From Hydrolagus affinis (lineage: Eukaryota), in NCBI GenBank assembly GCA_012026655.1, contig JAAILG010000585.1:1-64000 (forward strand): a stretch of DNA of 64,000 bases, given 5' to 3'. Below, in pieces: positions 1 to 13,800 of this stretch. Position numbers and translations under genes: made by a program. A model generated the notes under the pieces. That model was given only the letters and a program-made list of their open reading frames with translations, searched no databases and had not been told where the DNA came from. The stretch's first letter is position 1; each line of letters opens with the position of its first letter.

Positions 1-420
1 GGCTGGGGGGGTGGGAAGGGAGAGAGACAGCTGGGGGGGTATGGGGGAGAGAGACGGCTGGGGGGTTGGGGGGAGAGAGACGGGGTGGATGTGATAATAT
101 ACAGATAGATAGAGATGGGGGGGATGTGAGAGAGACACAGACAGAAAAACACAGAGATGGAGAGAGTGAGAGACACAGAGAAAGATATTTACCTCCTGAG
201 GAGATAGGCCCCGAATGCGCGCGCACCCGGAACGCGCGCGCACCCGGAACGCGCGCGCACCCAGAACGCATGTGCACCCCGAATGCGCACGCACTCCGAA
301 TGCGCGTGCCATGCGCGCATGCGCAGTATGAAAAACCCGAAAATATCAATATTTCGGTATATCTCGATATGAGCCCATCGATATATCTAAATCAGAAAAT
401 TTCCATTTCGACAGACCCTA
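1..420 (+). mobile_element. hAT-type MITE, copy A (left end outside the window), with internal simple and tandem repeats
   Basis: Ends ...ttccatttcgacaGACCCTA like the copy at 18652-19107; internal CCGAATGCGCGCGCAC-type units. Confidence 0.75.
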
Positions 421-1508
421 GTATGTACCTTTGTCTGCTATCTTGGAATTCAAGCAAGAAAACAAGCAAAGCACACCTCCATTTTGTGAATCATGGACTA
501 TAACATTTTTAACCTGGGTAGCTGATTTACAAATAAAGTCCAACTCATAGTATGCTGTACTGTCAGCATTGTAACAACAAAATTAGGGCAGTATCATAAC
601 TTAGGAAGACATCCAAGAAACTAATCAAATTTCCATGGCGTTAACTTGTTGACCATAGACTTTATGTAGATGAAGAAACAACTATAGTTTTACACAGAAG
701 CATATGATGTAAATGCTTCTTTAATTAAATACATCTAATGAATTAACAGACGAAGAATTACATGCGTCTGAAATAATGATATACCTCTGCACAATTTCCA
801 CTTTCAATAACCAATACCAATCAATAACAGCTATAAAGTCAGAATTGCATTAAAATAACCTAATATTTGCATTCTGAGACATGGAAATATTACTGCATCC
901 TACATAACCATGCTTCAAATTCTGAATTATTAATTTAAAGATTTTAGACATTAAGGTTTCAAAAATATGGGAAGAGTTCAATATAAAAGTAATTTTGGAT
1001 CAGAAACATCGTCATGGTAACCTTCTGTGCACAGCGAATTGGTTTGGAAGAGTTTCTAGCTACAAAGATTCCGGCTTCATCTCACTACCCTGTACTTAAC
1101 CTTTAACCATTCTATCATAGTACTGAACTCCATCTAGTGGTCTAATCAAGAAATTGTCCTGGAGTATTTATCGTTCAACTTGGTAATCAACAGTGCTAAT
1201 CACTAAATTCCAGTTGCAAATGCAGTTTGCTCTCATTCAGAATACTTTTGAAATTGCAATGTCAAAACATCTAAAGCGTACCAATACTCAAATTTAATGC
1301 AATGCATTGATGTAAAATACAACTTAAGTTTTTTTCTCTCTAACAATTCTTTGATACAATAAAAAATAACTTGTACAGTCAATTTTTAAGTATTGACATA
1401 AAATTGCATGATATAAAGCAATGATGAAAAAGTGCTTTGCAGAAGCACTGAAATCATTTAAAGTTCTTTCCCTAGAATTCAAAAGTGATCAATATTTAAA
1501 ATATCTGA

Positions 1509-1514
1509 TTTATT
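1509..1514 (-). terminator. Candidate polyadenylation signal AATAAA of the JAZF-like gene
   Basis: tttatt on the + strand, about 200 nt past the stop codon; actual use unknown. Confidence 0.4.
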
Positions 1515-1720
1515 AGCAGCGTTTGATTGCCATCATGGGAAACACAATTTTCGAAATAACACAAGATTTCACAGAAAACAATCATTTTTTAAAAAAAGGC
1601 AATACGGAAAAAAAATCCCAGTATCAAGACCTGTAACAGTAAATCTTGAGAAAAAATTATTTTCATTGACGAACACTCGAGTCTATAATTACCAGTTCAG
1701 TTATGTGCAGGAGATACCCC

Positions 1721-1897
1721 TCACAACTGCATCTTCCTTAGCATGTCCACTGACACCGGTGGGTGGAAGTTGATGGTATGATGACGAAGTCCATGGGCAG
1801 TTTTGTAGCTTTTTCCACAGCGGCACTTGAAAGGCTTTCGAACACGGGTTTGAGTGCGATGGCCATTCTTGGCGTGGTACTTGATGCCGTTCACATT
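1721..1897 (-). CDS. JAZF1: JAZF-like coding exon 5 (end of finger 2, finger 3, stop)
   Basis: NVNGIKYHAKNGHRTQTRVRKPFKCRCGKSYKTAHGLRHHTINFHPPVSVDMLRKMQL-TGA; acceptor cctattag|AAT. Confidence 0.95.
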   Translation of the reverse strand, partial: NVNGIKYHAKNGHRTQTRVRKPFKCRCGKSYKTAHGLRHHTINFHPPVSVDMLRKMQL

Positions 1898-4800
1898 CTA
1901 ATAGGAATAGAGAATGTTTAGAATTACCTCAGTGAAAGATCTCAAGTTATACGTCTCTAAAACTGAGATTTTTTTCAAATTGTATTGTGTAACCTTTCCG
2001 GGAGAAAAACAGCAATTAAGCGCTTGAACTTAGATACTGCTGTCGCATTAAAATGGAAGGTTATTACAATGCCATTAAGGAGCTGAAATTTTTGTACTAC
2101 CTTGCTTTTCACTGGAGATAATATGGGGTTGAATGATGTGGCTATTGTAATTTAGAACTTGGCATTTCAAACATCTGCTCATTTTACATTTTAAAAAGAT
2201 AGGCAAAGAGTGTGTATAGAGTCCAGAGACTTCTAGTAATTACAAGTTTACAACAAAAGGTATTTACGATTCTAGGACTATAAAGCTCTTCTATCATATC
2301 TACTTAATCAAAGTACAAACACTGATTAAGTAGAAGCGACCAGTACTGTGAATTTACTCAAGTATGCTTTAAAATAACCAAGTAGACTGAAAAAGAATTT
2401 AGTTGATCTAAGATAGAAACCTATTTTGATGGTGTCTGAAAGTTAATGTCAGTGTATACCTAAACCATTAAGGTTTAAAAATTCACAAGTGTAACATTTT
2501 CCCTTCTCATTTCAAAAGGCATGTTAATTTTTGAGACCTTACATCATCTTTCATCACTCAACACACATTGAAGCAATATTCACCTTGTTACATCATTTGT
2601 TAGAATCTAAACCATGAGTATGAATCTGCATTACTGCCTTAAAAGGTACTTTAACAGTAATTTTCAGACTTCATAACTAGATACACGATTGCATCTACTG
2701 CATTTATTTACATGGATAAATAATTTTCTGCATCACTTTTCCCAGGTATATTTTGCATTGAACATATTTAATGAGCAGTAACCCTGTCAACTCTACAACA
2801 CAGGGTTCTAATAGATTTAACTGCAATGGTGGGTGGGCTAAGCTTTACCCTGTAACTGTCATTAAATACTTGGAATTCAAGCACCCCTTAACAGTTATAC
2901 TGTCAAGGAACCAGACAAGATCAAGTTTCTCTGCTGTCCAATGAGGTGTTCCAATTAACAAATTGAAGAAAAATGGAAGCGGTTCTGATTTCCTTACTCC
3001 CGTACAAAACAATACATTTAGAAATGAAAAGCAATAAAGTTTAGTTTGAAAAAAGAACAAAATATCAATCAAGAATACCAATGAGTAAGATGTCCAAGTA
3101 AGAATGCTGAATTCAAATCACTGGATAAAATACAAAATTGTGGCATGGCAACATAGATTTTTTTCCATTAACTCGCTTAGATTAAGTTAATTGTTCAATT
3201 ACACTACATTCAGTTGGTCATATGAATTGGGAACAATCCAATAAAACCTATTTGAAGCTTCCGATGCCCACAAGGTTTAAAATCACTTTTAGGTTTTAAA
3301 CAAAAACCACAGTGTTCATTTGTGTTGCAACTAGTTATAGACACTATGCTCAAGTTCACATTCAGAATGGGTGAACCAGCATTTCTTAGACTGCATCATG
3401 CAAGAGATGTCCAGATTCCCATGCAACATCAAAGTACAAAGTGTATCACTATTTCAAATACCACAATATCGTGTTTATATATTTTTGACAAATTTTATAA
3501 GCTCATAAAGGTTATAAAATCTATAAAATTTGTACACAAAATATAGTACAAATACAGTTCAAAATATTCATTGACAGAGCATGCATTAACATGAGCATTA
3601 AACCTTTTTCACAGTACCAAATATGTTCAAACCATTGGTTACATAACAAAATTCAGACAAATACCAAGAAAAAGGGGATATGAAACTATTACAATATAGA
3701 AACAGCTGTCACCACTTAAAAGTTGAATAGCCAGTGGTTGTTAAGCAGAGGATGGCGTAGGGGGAGGAGAGTAGACAGAATAACTGTAAAACTTCGATCC
3801 AAGCACTAGGTAATTAAAATGGAAAATATATCTTGCTTAATTTCAGTGCTGCGTGTCGTTTTGTTTAAATGTTTATACTGATATGTTGTCGAAACACAGA
3901 GGTAATCTTTGCTCATGTAAAATATTAATTCAGCATTCAATCAAGATGAATTGGAATTAAAATTTGGAGAAATCAGCATTCAAAATAGTTAACCGTTTCC
4001 TACACGGTTAGACATCAAATAGATTTTCAAGTCTGCCTGTATTGACTCTAACTCAGTCAAAACTTGCCAGATTCCTAATGCAGAAAATCTGCTAAGTTAG
4101 TTAAATGTGAATCCGTACAACCATTTCCTTCTCAGTCACATAATAGCAGCTCATCAAAAGAGTGCAGGTTTGCCTTGCATTATCCCCTACAGAGGCTCTG
4201 GTCTATGCTTCCATCTATACCATTACCCTTTATTTGTTGTTCCCTCCATTCTACCAGGCATTCCAAAGACTATTAATCTGCCGAGTCTGCCTGCTCTTTC
4301 AATAATGATGTTTGAGCAATTCAGCTGGACGGCTCTTGTGCTTCAGACATGAAGCCAGAAAGATTCCAGAACAACACAGAATAGCTTTGTTATACTGGTA
4401 ATTAAGACAGGACTGACATTCAAACAAGACCAGGACAGGATGTGGCAAATTACTGTATTCTTTGTGTGAAAAGCTGCTCCCACTACGGTTTGTCTGGCCT
4501 CCGGGGAACTCATCATCTTCACTAACAGTCAGAATGGGATTTTGTACCCTCTATTCCCTCAACAAACTTCACTCTAATAAACATTTCTGATTCCTGGCAA
4601 TACTTGGGCGAGAACTTGCTAATTTGTAAAGTTGTGAAAAATGAAACCTCTGAGCTCAATTTCTATTGTGGGGCTCTGCAAATAGAAATATCACCTTTTG
4701 TTTAAATGCATTTTTATTGACATTTCCAAGGATAGCTTGTTCGCTGGACGCAACACATACCTTGTACCTCTTTTTACAGCCAGGTACAGGGCAAGCAAAT

Positions 4801-7800
4801 GGCTTCTCATCATCCCCGTTCAAGCACATTGAGCTTAGAATAGTCTCAGAGCTGATAGCACTTTCTGTTGTCCATGATTCGTCACTGTCGGAATCCTCAC
4901 ATTCAATTTCTTCTTCATCTAATTCGCTGCCTGGAAATCAGGAGAAAAAACAAGGGTAATAAAGTAGGCACATTGAAAAGGTTAAGATATATTTTTTAAA
5001 AAGGATCTATATTTAGATAAATTGCTTTAATCCAAGATTCTTGTCCGATTCTTTCCTTTGCCTCCCCTTTGAAGCCATTATAGATAAATGGCATTCAAGA
5101 CAACTCTCTACGCTCACAGCAAACACACTTGTGTTTTCAACTGCCAAAGGCATCCTGGGTAATTAGCCATTACAGTTCTGTCACAGAGAGTTCCACAGTC
5201 AATACAGAGATAATTTGGGCAATGGTGAATGACAGTGCTGTCCAGACTTTTGGGATGATCAAGGACACATCCAGCTGTACCAGACATCTGTCAGGGCCAT
5301 GAATCATTTCAACTAGCAGCACAGTAACCAAGCAGCTGAAGCAAGAACAAACATTCAACAAGCACCACACACAGAGGAAAGAGGAATCCACAGTGAAGTG
5401 CAAAGAAAAAAAGGTGAAATGTGGAAAAAAAAGGGCAAGCACCCACCCCAAAAAACCCCACCAATTTTCATAGAAAGCTGCAAAAATAGCTACTGTGTGA
5501 CAAAGTCAACAGGAAGTAAAAAATACCAAATGTAAAAAATGAAACCATCATCACATCTTCCGCCTAAAATAGTTTCAATCGATTAAAGAATTAATAACCA
5601 AATTATCTGGAAAATCACCATTCTAAAGAACGTGTTATACACATTTCATTAAACTTCAGCATTTGATATTTTTGGACTTTAGTTATGACCAGTAAAAAAA
5701 ATTACTGGCCACAACTGTAGTTTCTATTATGTAATTGCTAATTCATACAAGATGCAAGTACAAAAAAAAATCTAGTACATTAAAATCTAGTTATGTGTGG
5801 ATTGAAAAAGCATTGTTGCAAACAGTTTGCATCTAACTCCCAAATCCATGCAGAATAAGCTTCATTAATATCTTATTGGTGGCATGGTGTAGTAGAGTTA
5901 ATACTAGCCAAATATGGAACTGAATCATCATCTTGTTCAGTCACAGAACTGTGCAAAGTGTCTGCTAACATTCCTCTTAATTAAACAACACATAGGGGCT
6001 CTTCCAGTTTTGCATATTCTAATGGTAGAACATTGATACTCATTATTTTCAGGCTTCAAACGCTGAAATCGTGTCAAGAATGCATCCATCATAAGAAGGC
6101 AAATGATAGCAAAATTTTCAGCAGCATCAGCAAATTTTACATTTACAAATTTTATAAGTGACTTTTATTGGGGCAAGATCATTTTTAAACAAAATCATGA
6201 GTTTGATGCTTTGTTGCACCTCTTAGCAGCCTTACCTAATGACAGTAATTAACAATCTGCAATTAGTATCCACTTCAGAAGGCATTCAAATGTTAATTTG
6301 CCTTCACTAATGTGCTGCACAGCTGTGTAACAAGATGCATGAAACTGCAAGTCTGATCTTTTGGCTCAAATCTTGCCTGATAACATCAAGCACAGTGTAT
6401 AAAATAGAACTTTGTACCAATGCAAAGTTCTGGAAATAAACTCGATATCAAACACAGACGGGGATGCATAATTACTCTGTTATGTTCATTTGTACAACTA
6501 GTATCATTTACGTAAAACAGCTTTTACGAAACATAAATTAATTATGAACATGACTAGTTGCATTCAATTTATAAATCACACAATCTGCACAGCAGAAGTT
6601 ACACTCTTCAGAATATCTAATTTACTATAATTTTACAGTACCTCAAGTACAACTTTGCGTGCAAGCATTTGTGGCTGCAGCTCTCAGCATGGCGATCAGA
6701 TTACAGCCATATTAAACCTCTGTAGAGCAGCACCAGGTCACCCCCAGGGCTTCCATCTGCCCCACACAGTGCACCTCCCTCCTGAACACTTTAACACAAC
6801 TTTGTGTGGGACCAAAATGGACTGCTTTAAATTATCAGATTATGTCAAACATATTTATTAAACTGCTCCCTTCATGCTTTGACTGTTGTGATTAATCAAG
6901 GCAGGTATCGGTAATTTACTGAGCAATTAATATCTCATGTTAATCATCGCTTCCTTCAAAATGAGTTAGGAATTTGTTGCAATTTTTTGTGGAGAAGGAA
7001 AATAGTATGTATTTCGCTAATTTAAAAGTACGAGTTTAAATTTAATTGTTTTGCTCCAAAGAAGAAGCCTAAGCATGATCCAACTCGGTTTCATTTTTTT
7101 TAAAAAAAGGCACAATACAAATTAAAAGCTGTTGTAATAATTTTATAAAATCTTACATAAGAACATTTCCCATAAAGGGCAACATGATTGTTTCTTAGCA
7201 GTTATTCAATGCTGCAATTTTTGGAAATAGTTGGTTATTTCTAGGGATTAACTCTTAATAAAACATATAAAGGTGGTATGTATTCAATTAAAAATAGTAT
7301 AAACCGACATTCTTTTGTGGTGGTAAAACTCCATCTCCCCACACCCGATTACAAATAACTCGTGAATGTCAAAAACAGACTGGTAAAAGTGCAATTTATA
7401 TTGCTTACTTTTTGAAATACCATATAATGTCCTTTAAATTTAACACCATAAGTTTTTGAGTGTTGATATCTCTTTATATCAATAAGTCCTGTCAAATTCC
7501 TGATGCAAACAGGTAAGCAAAATAGGGATATGGCCCTTAACACATTTTATCATTTTTCTAATTCCTTCTGTTGTACTATTATATTTTGCTTCTCTATTTA
7601 ATTGTTAGTACCTTTGGCTTAGATTGTCTCAGTTTCTCACTCTTAGGCTGGCTTTCTAGTTCCAGGTTGGGTTTGTATACAATGAGCATAGCCAATCTAG
7701 TAATTCTAGGCAGGCAAAAGTTAAAGGTCACTTAATGACCAGATTTCTGCCAGCATGCTTCAGGCGCCGTTCATAGCAAGCCAGGGTAGTTATTCAGTTC

Positions 7801-10800
7801 AACTGACTTTTGTAACCAAAATAAAGTCACTAGTGTGCCATAATTTATGGCTACGTAGTGCTACACTGCTAGTAGAGTTCAGTCACATCGATTTAGTTTT
7901 GAGGGAATCAAAAAGAGTTTTGTAGTTTGCAGCTTTTAATCAATTTTCAATATTTCTTCTTCACTGCACTTAAATGGCAAATGTTAATCCCAGTGTAATA
8001 GATATTGTGCACATTTCAAACTCAATTTACACATTGTTCAAATATATTCACTGCCATTGTATTGAGAGCTTGCATAAATCTCAGGAGTAAAACAATAACC
8101 TAACACAAATTGCTAAAACCTGCAAGGTAATTACAGTTCAGTGAACTTTTCAATTTACAGAAGCTCGGAGCATTATTGTATAAAATATATACCGACCAGT
8201 TGGTGTACCACTGCAGGCAGAAGAGGATGGTGTAACTGGTGGGGTCCCGGGAAATGCTGAGCTTCCATTGCCAGGATGAGGTGATGCGGGTGTTCCCCCT
8301 CTTCCCACAGGGCTGGAAAGAGCTGGGATTAACTTGGCCTGATGCCTTTTTCTCATCTGCTCACGTTCACGCCGAGCAGCATCAGTCATAAACCTGTATT
8401 AGTTCCAGGAATGAACACCAAAGCAAAATCATAAGGGGAATTAAAATGGAATGGCTTATTGAGCCTGGAGACTAGGCTGAAAATTCCAAAATAGCTAGGT
8501 CCTACTTGTTGCTGGTCACTTTAAATATCAAAGCATTTAATGCATCTACAAATGGAGGTTAAACATGAAAGATCTTATAACAAGTCTGTGGGGGTGCTTC
8601 TCGTGTTACTGGTTAGCTCTGTGGGGACCACCACTTTCAAGGCAAGATGAAACAAAACAAGTTTGGAAAACCCTCATGAGCTATGTTCAAAGGCACTGAT
8701 AAGTTCTGACTGGATTAGCATTTATTGACTGTTCAAGATCGTTTTTCTTTCTTGCTGGACTACAGCTGCACTAAAGATAACTGGCTCACAAAACATAACT
8801 ACCAAAATTCAAACTGTAAATTTGCTCCATGCTTGATGCTTAACTGATGACTATTCAGTTTGTAATGACAAAGCAAATTAAATAATGTTCGGATCTTATG
8901 AAACAACTAGTTTGCTTTGAACTGAAGGTTAAGCTGCTAGATCCATGCACAAAAAACACTTATTAACGGTTTATGCTGAGATAGCGTTTTTGTATTGATT
9001 TTATGATACACAGGTATTATGATTTATGGAGTGGCCATGTCAGTTTAACAAGCTGAAGGACACACAATATCTTCAACATCATTAAAATTCAGAAGCCTCT
9101 GGAGCTAACTTGCTACACTGTCATGCACTATATTTGGACAGCAGAGGTCCTATGCTTATGGAATATCACAATTTTCTACAAAACTTATTTTTAAAAAAAT
9201 AGGTTTTGTTCTCAGTTTAAGAATGTACAACAGGGACAGAAACACCACTAGCAACTGGGAAGCTCCCTTTCCCTTACAAATAATCAAAATAATAATATAT
9301 AATTTAATAATAATTTTAATTTCCAAAATTCATCCTGAATTAATAAAGGGTCATTCAGTGATGCATCAGAGACATCTGTGGATTATCATGAGAAATAAAG
9401 ATACAATATCGTTCAACAGCACATTTAACTGGCAGCATTTCACTATCTGTACATACTTTATGGAATTATCAGCATTTTAACAATTACTTGGACTATTTAC
9501 TATTAGTGTGCAAAATATACACAAGTAGAATTTTGGAAATACATAGATTAAAAAGGTAACGATCCTAGTAACTAATGTCATTTTACAATTATGAAATAAT
9601 TAAAAATATAACTAATATTAGCTAGAAATAGCTGGAAGCCAAGATGGGCCTACTGTATAGTTATATTACTTCCTTCTCCCAATCAGATTTTCCTTCCAGA
9701 ATATTACTATGAACTATTTTCGGCCAATCACTTTCCAAAAACTGCTCCATAATGCAACAACACTGACCCACAAATAGTCACCAGGAGGCAGAATCTAAAA
9801 ATTATGCAAACCTATCACCACCTATTGTATTTTAGCCCTAACACCTTGCTATTGTGCGGGCTCCATCTAGTGGACCAGACAATCCTATGCATTTGAACAA
9901 AAATGACTTGTCAGAAGTCTCAAGTGAAGTTTCAGTTCACAAATACAGATTAGGAATACTACAGTGACATTTTTGCATCAAGTTTTGACAATTAACTCTG
10001 AATATTATTTCTATATTGAATTTTATTCAAACAGAATATTTCTTATAAAACTGTTTTAAGTTGAATCAATTATTTAACAAATAAAATTTGATTTCAACTC
10101 AGAAATTCCCAAGTTGAAGGCTTTGAATTCTTTAAGCAGAAATTGTTGCGAAACCTTTTCAAAAAGCATCTTTAGTTTAGGATATTCATTAAATAGATTT
10201 GGAACTCATAATCTGAAAAAGTTTTAGTAGTGTTTGCTAAATTATATTACACTTTAATTTGTTAATCAGAGATTTTACAAGAGCTAATGGTCTTCTGCAG
10301 TTTTATTGAAAAGGGGCCACAACAACATGTACTTCAATAGTTGGACAAATATCATCTATCTAGCATATGATGTTCTCTCTAAAGGTTTAGTAAGATTTAA
10401 AATTTTAAACAATTAGATCTATTTTTTGTAAACAAAATAGGCTCTACAGAAAACCCAGAAACGAAGAAATAGACAAGATTTTTAAATATATAAATTCAGA
10501 ACTTTTGAAATGGTCAGTGTCAAATCAAAAAGGTGACTTATGGTAACATTACCCAATTGGCAGCCATGACTGGGTTGAAAAGATTTAAAAAGGAAGAAAT
10601 GTTGCACATTTCCACTACTACCAGACAGCCTGCTACAATATTGGTATCTCCTGCCAACTAGCAGAATTGACCACAACATAAATGCCAAATTGTTCCTATG
10701 GAGTTTTGGCCAGTCTACTCATGTCTGAACACTAATTACGTGCATGCAAACCTCCATAAACCTTAATCCCATTGAGTATGTGCATACTCCTAAGGTCCAA

Positions 10801-13800
10801 CTGTGACTTGGCATAATTCAGCAGACAGCTGGAGACTGGGAAAATGATTGGTGCCAAACACTAGCTGTACTGGGTCTTACGACACATTTTATTTCTGCAA
10901 CTGGCAATAGCCAATTAAGACGGTCTCCTTCCTGCTACTATTGTTTCTCTAAATTGCAAATTCTATCCTTCTGAAAAAGGTGTAAAACATAAATTCCTAG
11001 TTAGTTTGTTAACTGACAAGCAAAATGATTATGAAAAAGCACACAAAAAATGTGGGAAAAAAAGTTAAGATTTTTTTCCCAAATAATAAGTGCTAATTTG
11101 AATCCACTGCTGCCCATTGTTCCAGAACTACAGCTATTTGCCAAAATATCAAATTAGCATTGTAAACATTGAAATCAGACATTTCAAAATTCAACCTATG
11201 GCCCAATTTTCCCTTTGATCTTAGCTTAATCTCAATTCATCAATAATGTACACTTATTATGGGATTTTGACAGCAAGCAACAGCTTTTGATAAATTATAC
11301 ATCTCAAGCTAGATTTAAAATTTGAAGCGCAAGTGCTAATTATCTATACAGGCCTAGTTAATAACGAGATTTCTTGTTGAGTATCCGATCACAGCATGGG
11401 TGTCATTTGTCAAGAATGTTCAAGTCTACCTTAGAGACCAGTTTCTGTAATTCTCCCATGCCTACCATATGTAAAATTGGGATCTTTGTTTCTATAATAA
11501 CCTTTTATTAGGAAACTGACATAATGATTAAGTTCACTGAAGACACATACAATGAATTAGGCGATTACCCTTGCTGCTTTAAGCTACTCAGGATCGTAGC
11601 AAGACAAAATAATTAATATTGAATTTTAATTTGATGTGTTCCACATTTAAACTCCAATTTGCAAAGTACACCTGGAAAGCTGCCACTGTTTAAGCTGATG
11701 AAAGAAAGGTTCCTGCAGTTTGAAGTACAAGAGCACAGAAGGCACAATGCACCATAACTGCTTCTCTATGGAGCAAAGAATATTCAAGCAATAATTGAGA
11801 AGGTAATTACTAAGCCCCAACTTTATTGTCTTGCCACAATATGCACACAGGTCTTCAAATTTTATTGCATCAGTGATCCTGCTTTGTTTCCCCCCCACCT
11901 CCCTCCCACACTCCACCTCTCATCCCAAAAATAAACTACACCAAAAAAAACAGCAACTTGTTTGTGACTATAATGAAATTCTCTGATCTATAATCTAATG
12001 TTAATGAGGAAATTGTTAAGATGATTAAATCATTATTTTATAATTATTAATCCAACATGCCTTTTCTTTATACTTAATTGAGATTTATGGATACACTAGT
12101 TGAAATCAATAACTTATAATCCAAATTCATCTTAAAACATTTTAAAAAAAAATTATACACAAACCGATCCAATAAAAAAGATTAACTGATAGTAACAATA
12201 ATCATAATTTAAAAGAGGAAGAAATACTACTTTGCAGGCTTCCTTAATAAACGGATAAGTACCAGCTTGCCATGCACAACCTTATACTGGCAGCCATTAT
12301 AGGGAAATGTTTTAAAAGATGTAAAATGATTCTTCTTTGAAAATTGACCATTATTAAAGTGGTTTAAATTAAATCAGTATACATATCAGTGTCAAATAGA
12401 GAGGTTAAGTAGTTCAGTGTATGGTGATACAAAATTCCATGCTACAGGTAAGATTTGGACTCTCAACTATATTTCTCAACATGGCCGTGGCAAGTGGGGC
12501 AAAAAGAAAAGATTCCCTTCCACAATTACAGTAAACTCTGGCTAACTCTTCACTCAAGGGAAAAGAGTTCAGTAACAAGTTATCTGGAGTGGCCAGTTGG
12601 ACACAAGTCATGGGGGGCACTTTCACTGTGTGTGTCTGTGTATGCTTGGTGGAAGTTGGGATGAATGCTCAGAAGCGTCATAGTCACCTCTGGTCTATTG
12701 GAGGATCTCTCGTCCTATCCAGACACAAGGTAGGGCAGCCAGCCTTCCAATAGATAAGAGGCCTCTGAGATGTATCATCGATGTTTACATGTATAATGCT
12801 CATCGAACCTCCTCCAAGTACCAACACCAGTTACAGGATAAGGCAAGAGATATCTTCAATGCAAGATATCTGATCAAATTTACACCTTAAGTACATCAAG
12901 ATTTCTCACAGATCACTTGCTTGATTCTCAGCTGAATTCACAAACTGATGTTCATAGGATTAAAGTGACTGCTCTTTGAAAATAAATTTTTCAATAGATA
13001 CTGGAATATATTCCTGTATTACAAAGGAGAGGCTTATTCTGCCACAATATACAGTCAATTAACTTTACAGTATTCTCTATGAAGTGCTTTTAAACTTGTT
13101 TCAAAATTGTGCTGACTTATTATTATTATAATATGTCTGCTGGACCCAATAGCTTGGAGAATGGGTTTTAAGCAAAACTCTTCAGATGCTGTCATTGTTT
13201 GCTGTGTGTCAGATCATCGATTGCTGTATATGTCCATTATGAAGTGATGTCAGCATTGCTTGCTGAGCAATAAGTGTGCATGTGCCATAAGTCATTTTGA
13301 CCATTTCTTAAGTATAGGAAGCCAGTCAGTTAGCACCAGAAGCTGGGTGTATCACACTTAAGCGACAAAAGCCCTATATAGTACCAGGGAAGAACGAGAG
13401 GGCATTATAACAGGTTTCTACTTTGAAGATCCACCTTCATTTACTTTCTTTAACCTATTTAGTCTCCCAAGCATGGCATAACAAAGTACACATTGGTTCT
13501 ACTTTTAGTATTTTCAAAAGGTTTCTCAATAGTTTCCATTTCTAAAGTATTTCCCTGTGGCCACATACACTTGAAAAATTCGGATTTATGATAAAATCTG
13601 AAATTTATACCTGTTGATATAACTTAATGCGATATATGATGGCTGCTGCTGTTCTTGCCTTTCCAAAACCTTGGGATCACTTTCTGTCAAAAGAACATAC
13701 CACAAAACAATTAATTCATTAACTAGAATGTTTTTGTTGATACCAAGTAGCTCATAATTATAATATGCCAATTTCAAGATTAGAATTGATTTATCAGAGA

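Noticed and set aside
66-503. 145-aa ORF, and overlapping ORFs at 18699-19093 and 40271-40519
   Set aside because: They are translations of hAT MITE tandem repeats with no protein signature.
1-1700. 3' end of ATP5MC3, expected from mammalian synteny
   Set aside because: No ATP synthase c-subunit coding sequence is visible; if present it lies outside the window.
4340-4520. Intronic C/D snoRNA on the minus strand (ATGATGA near 4510)
   Set aside because: The nearest CTGA is ~165 nt away, there is no terminal stem, and no guide sequence was recognised.
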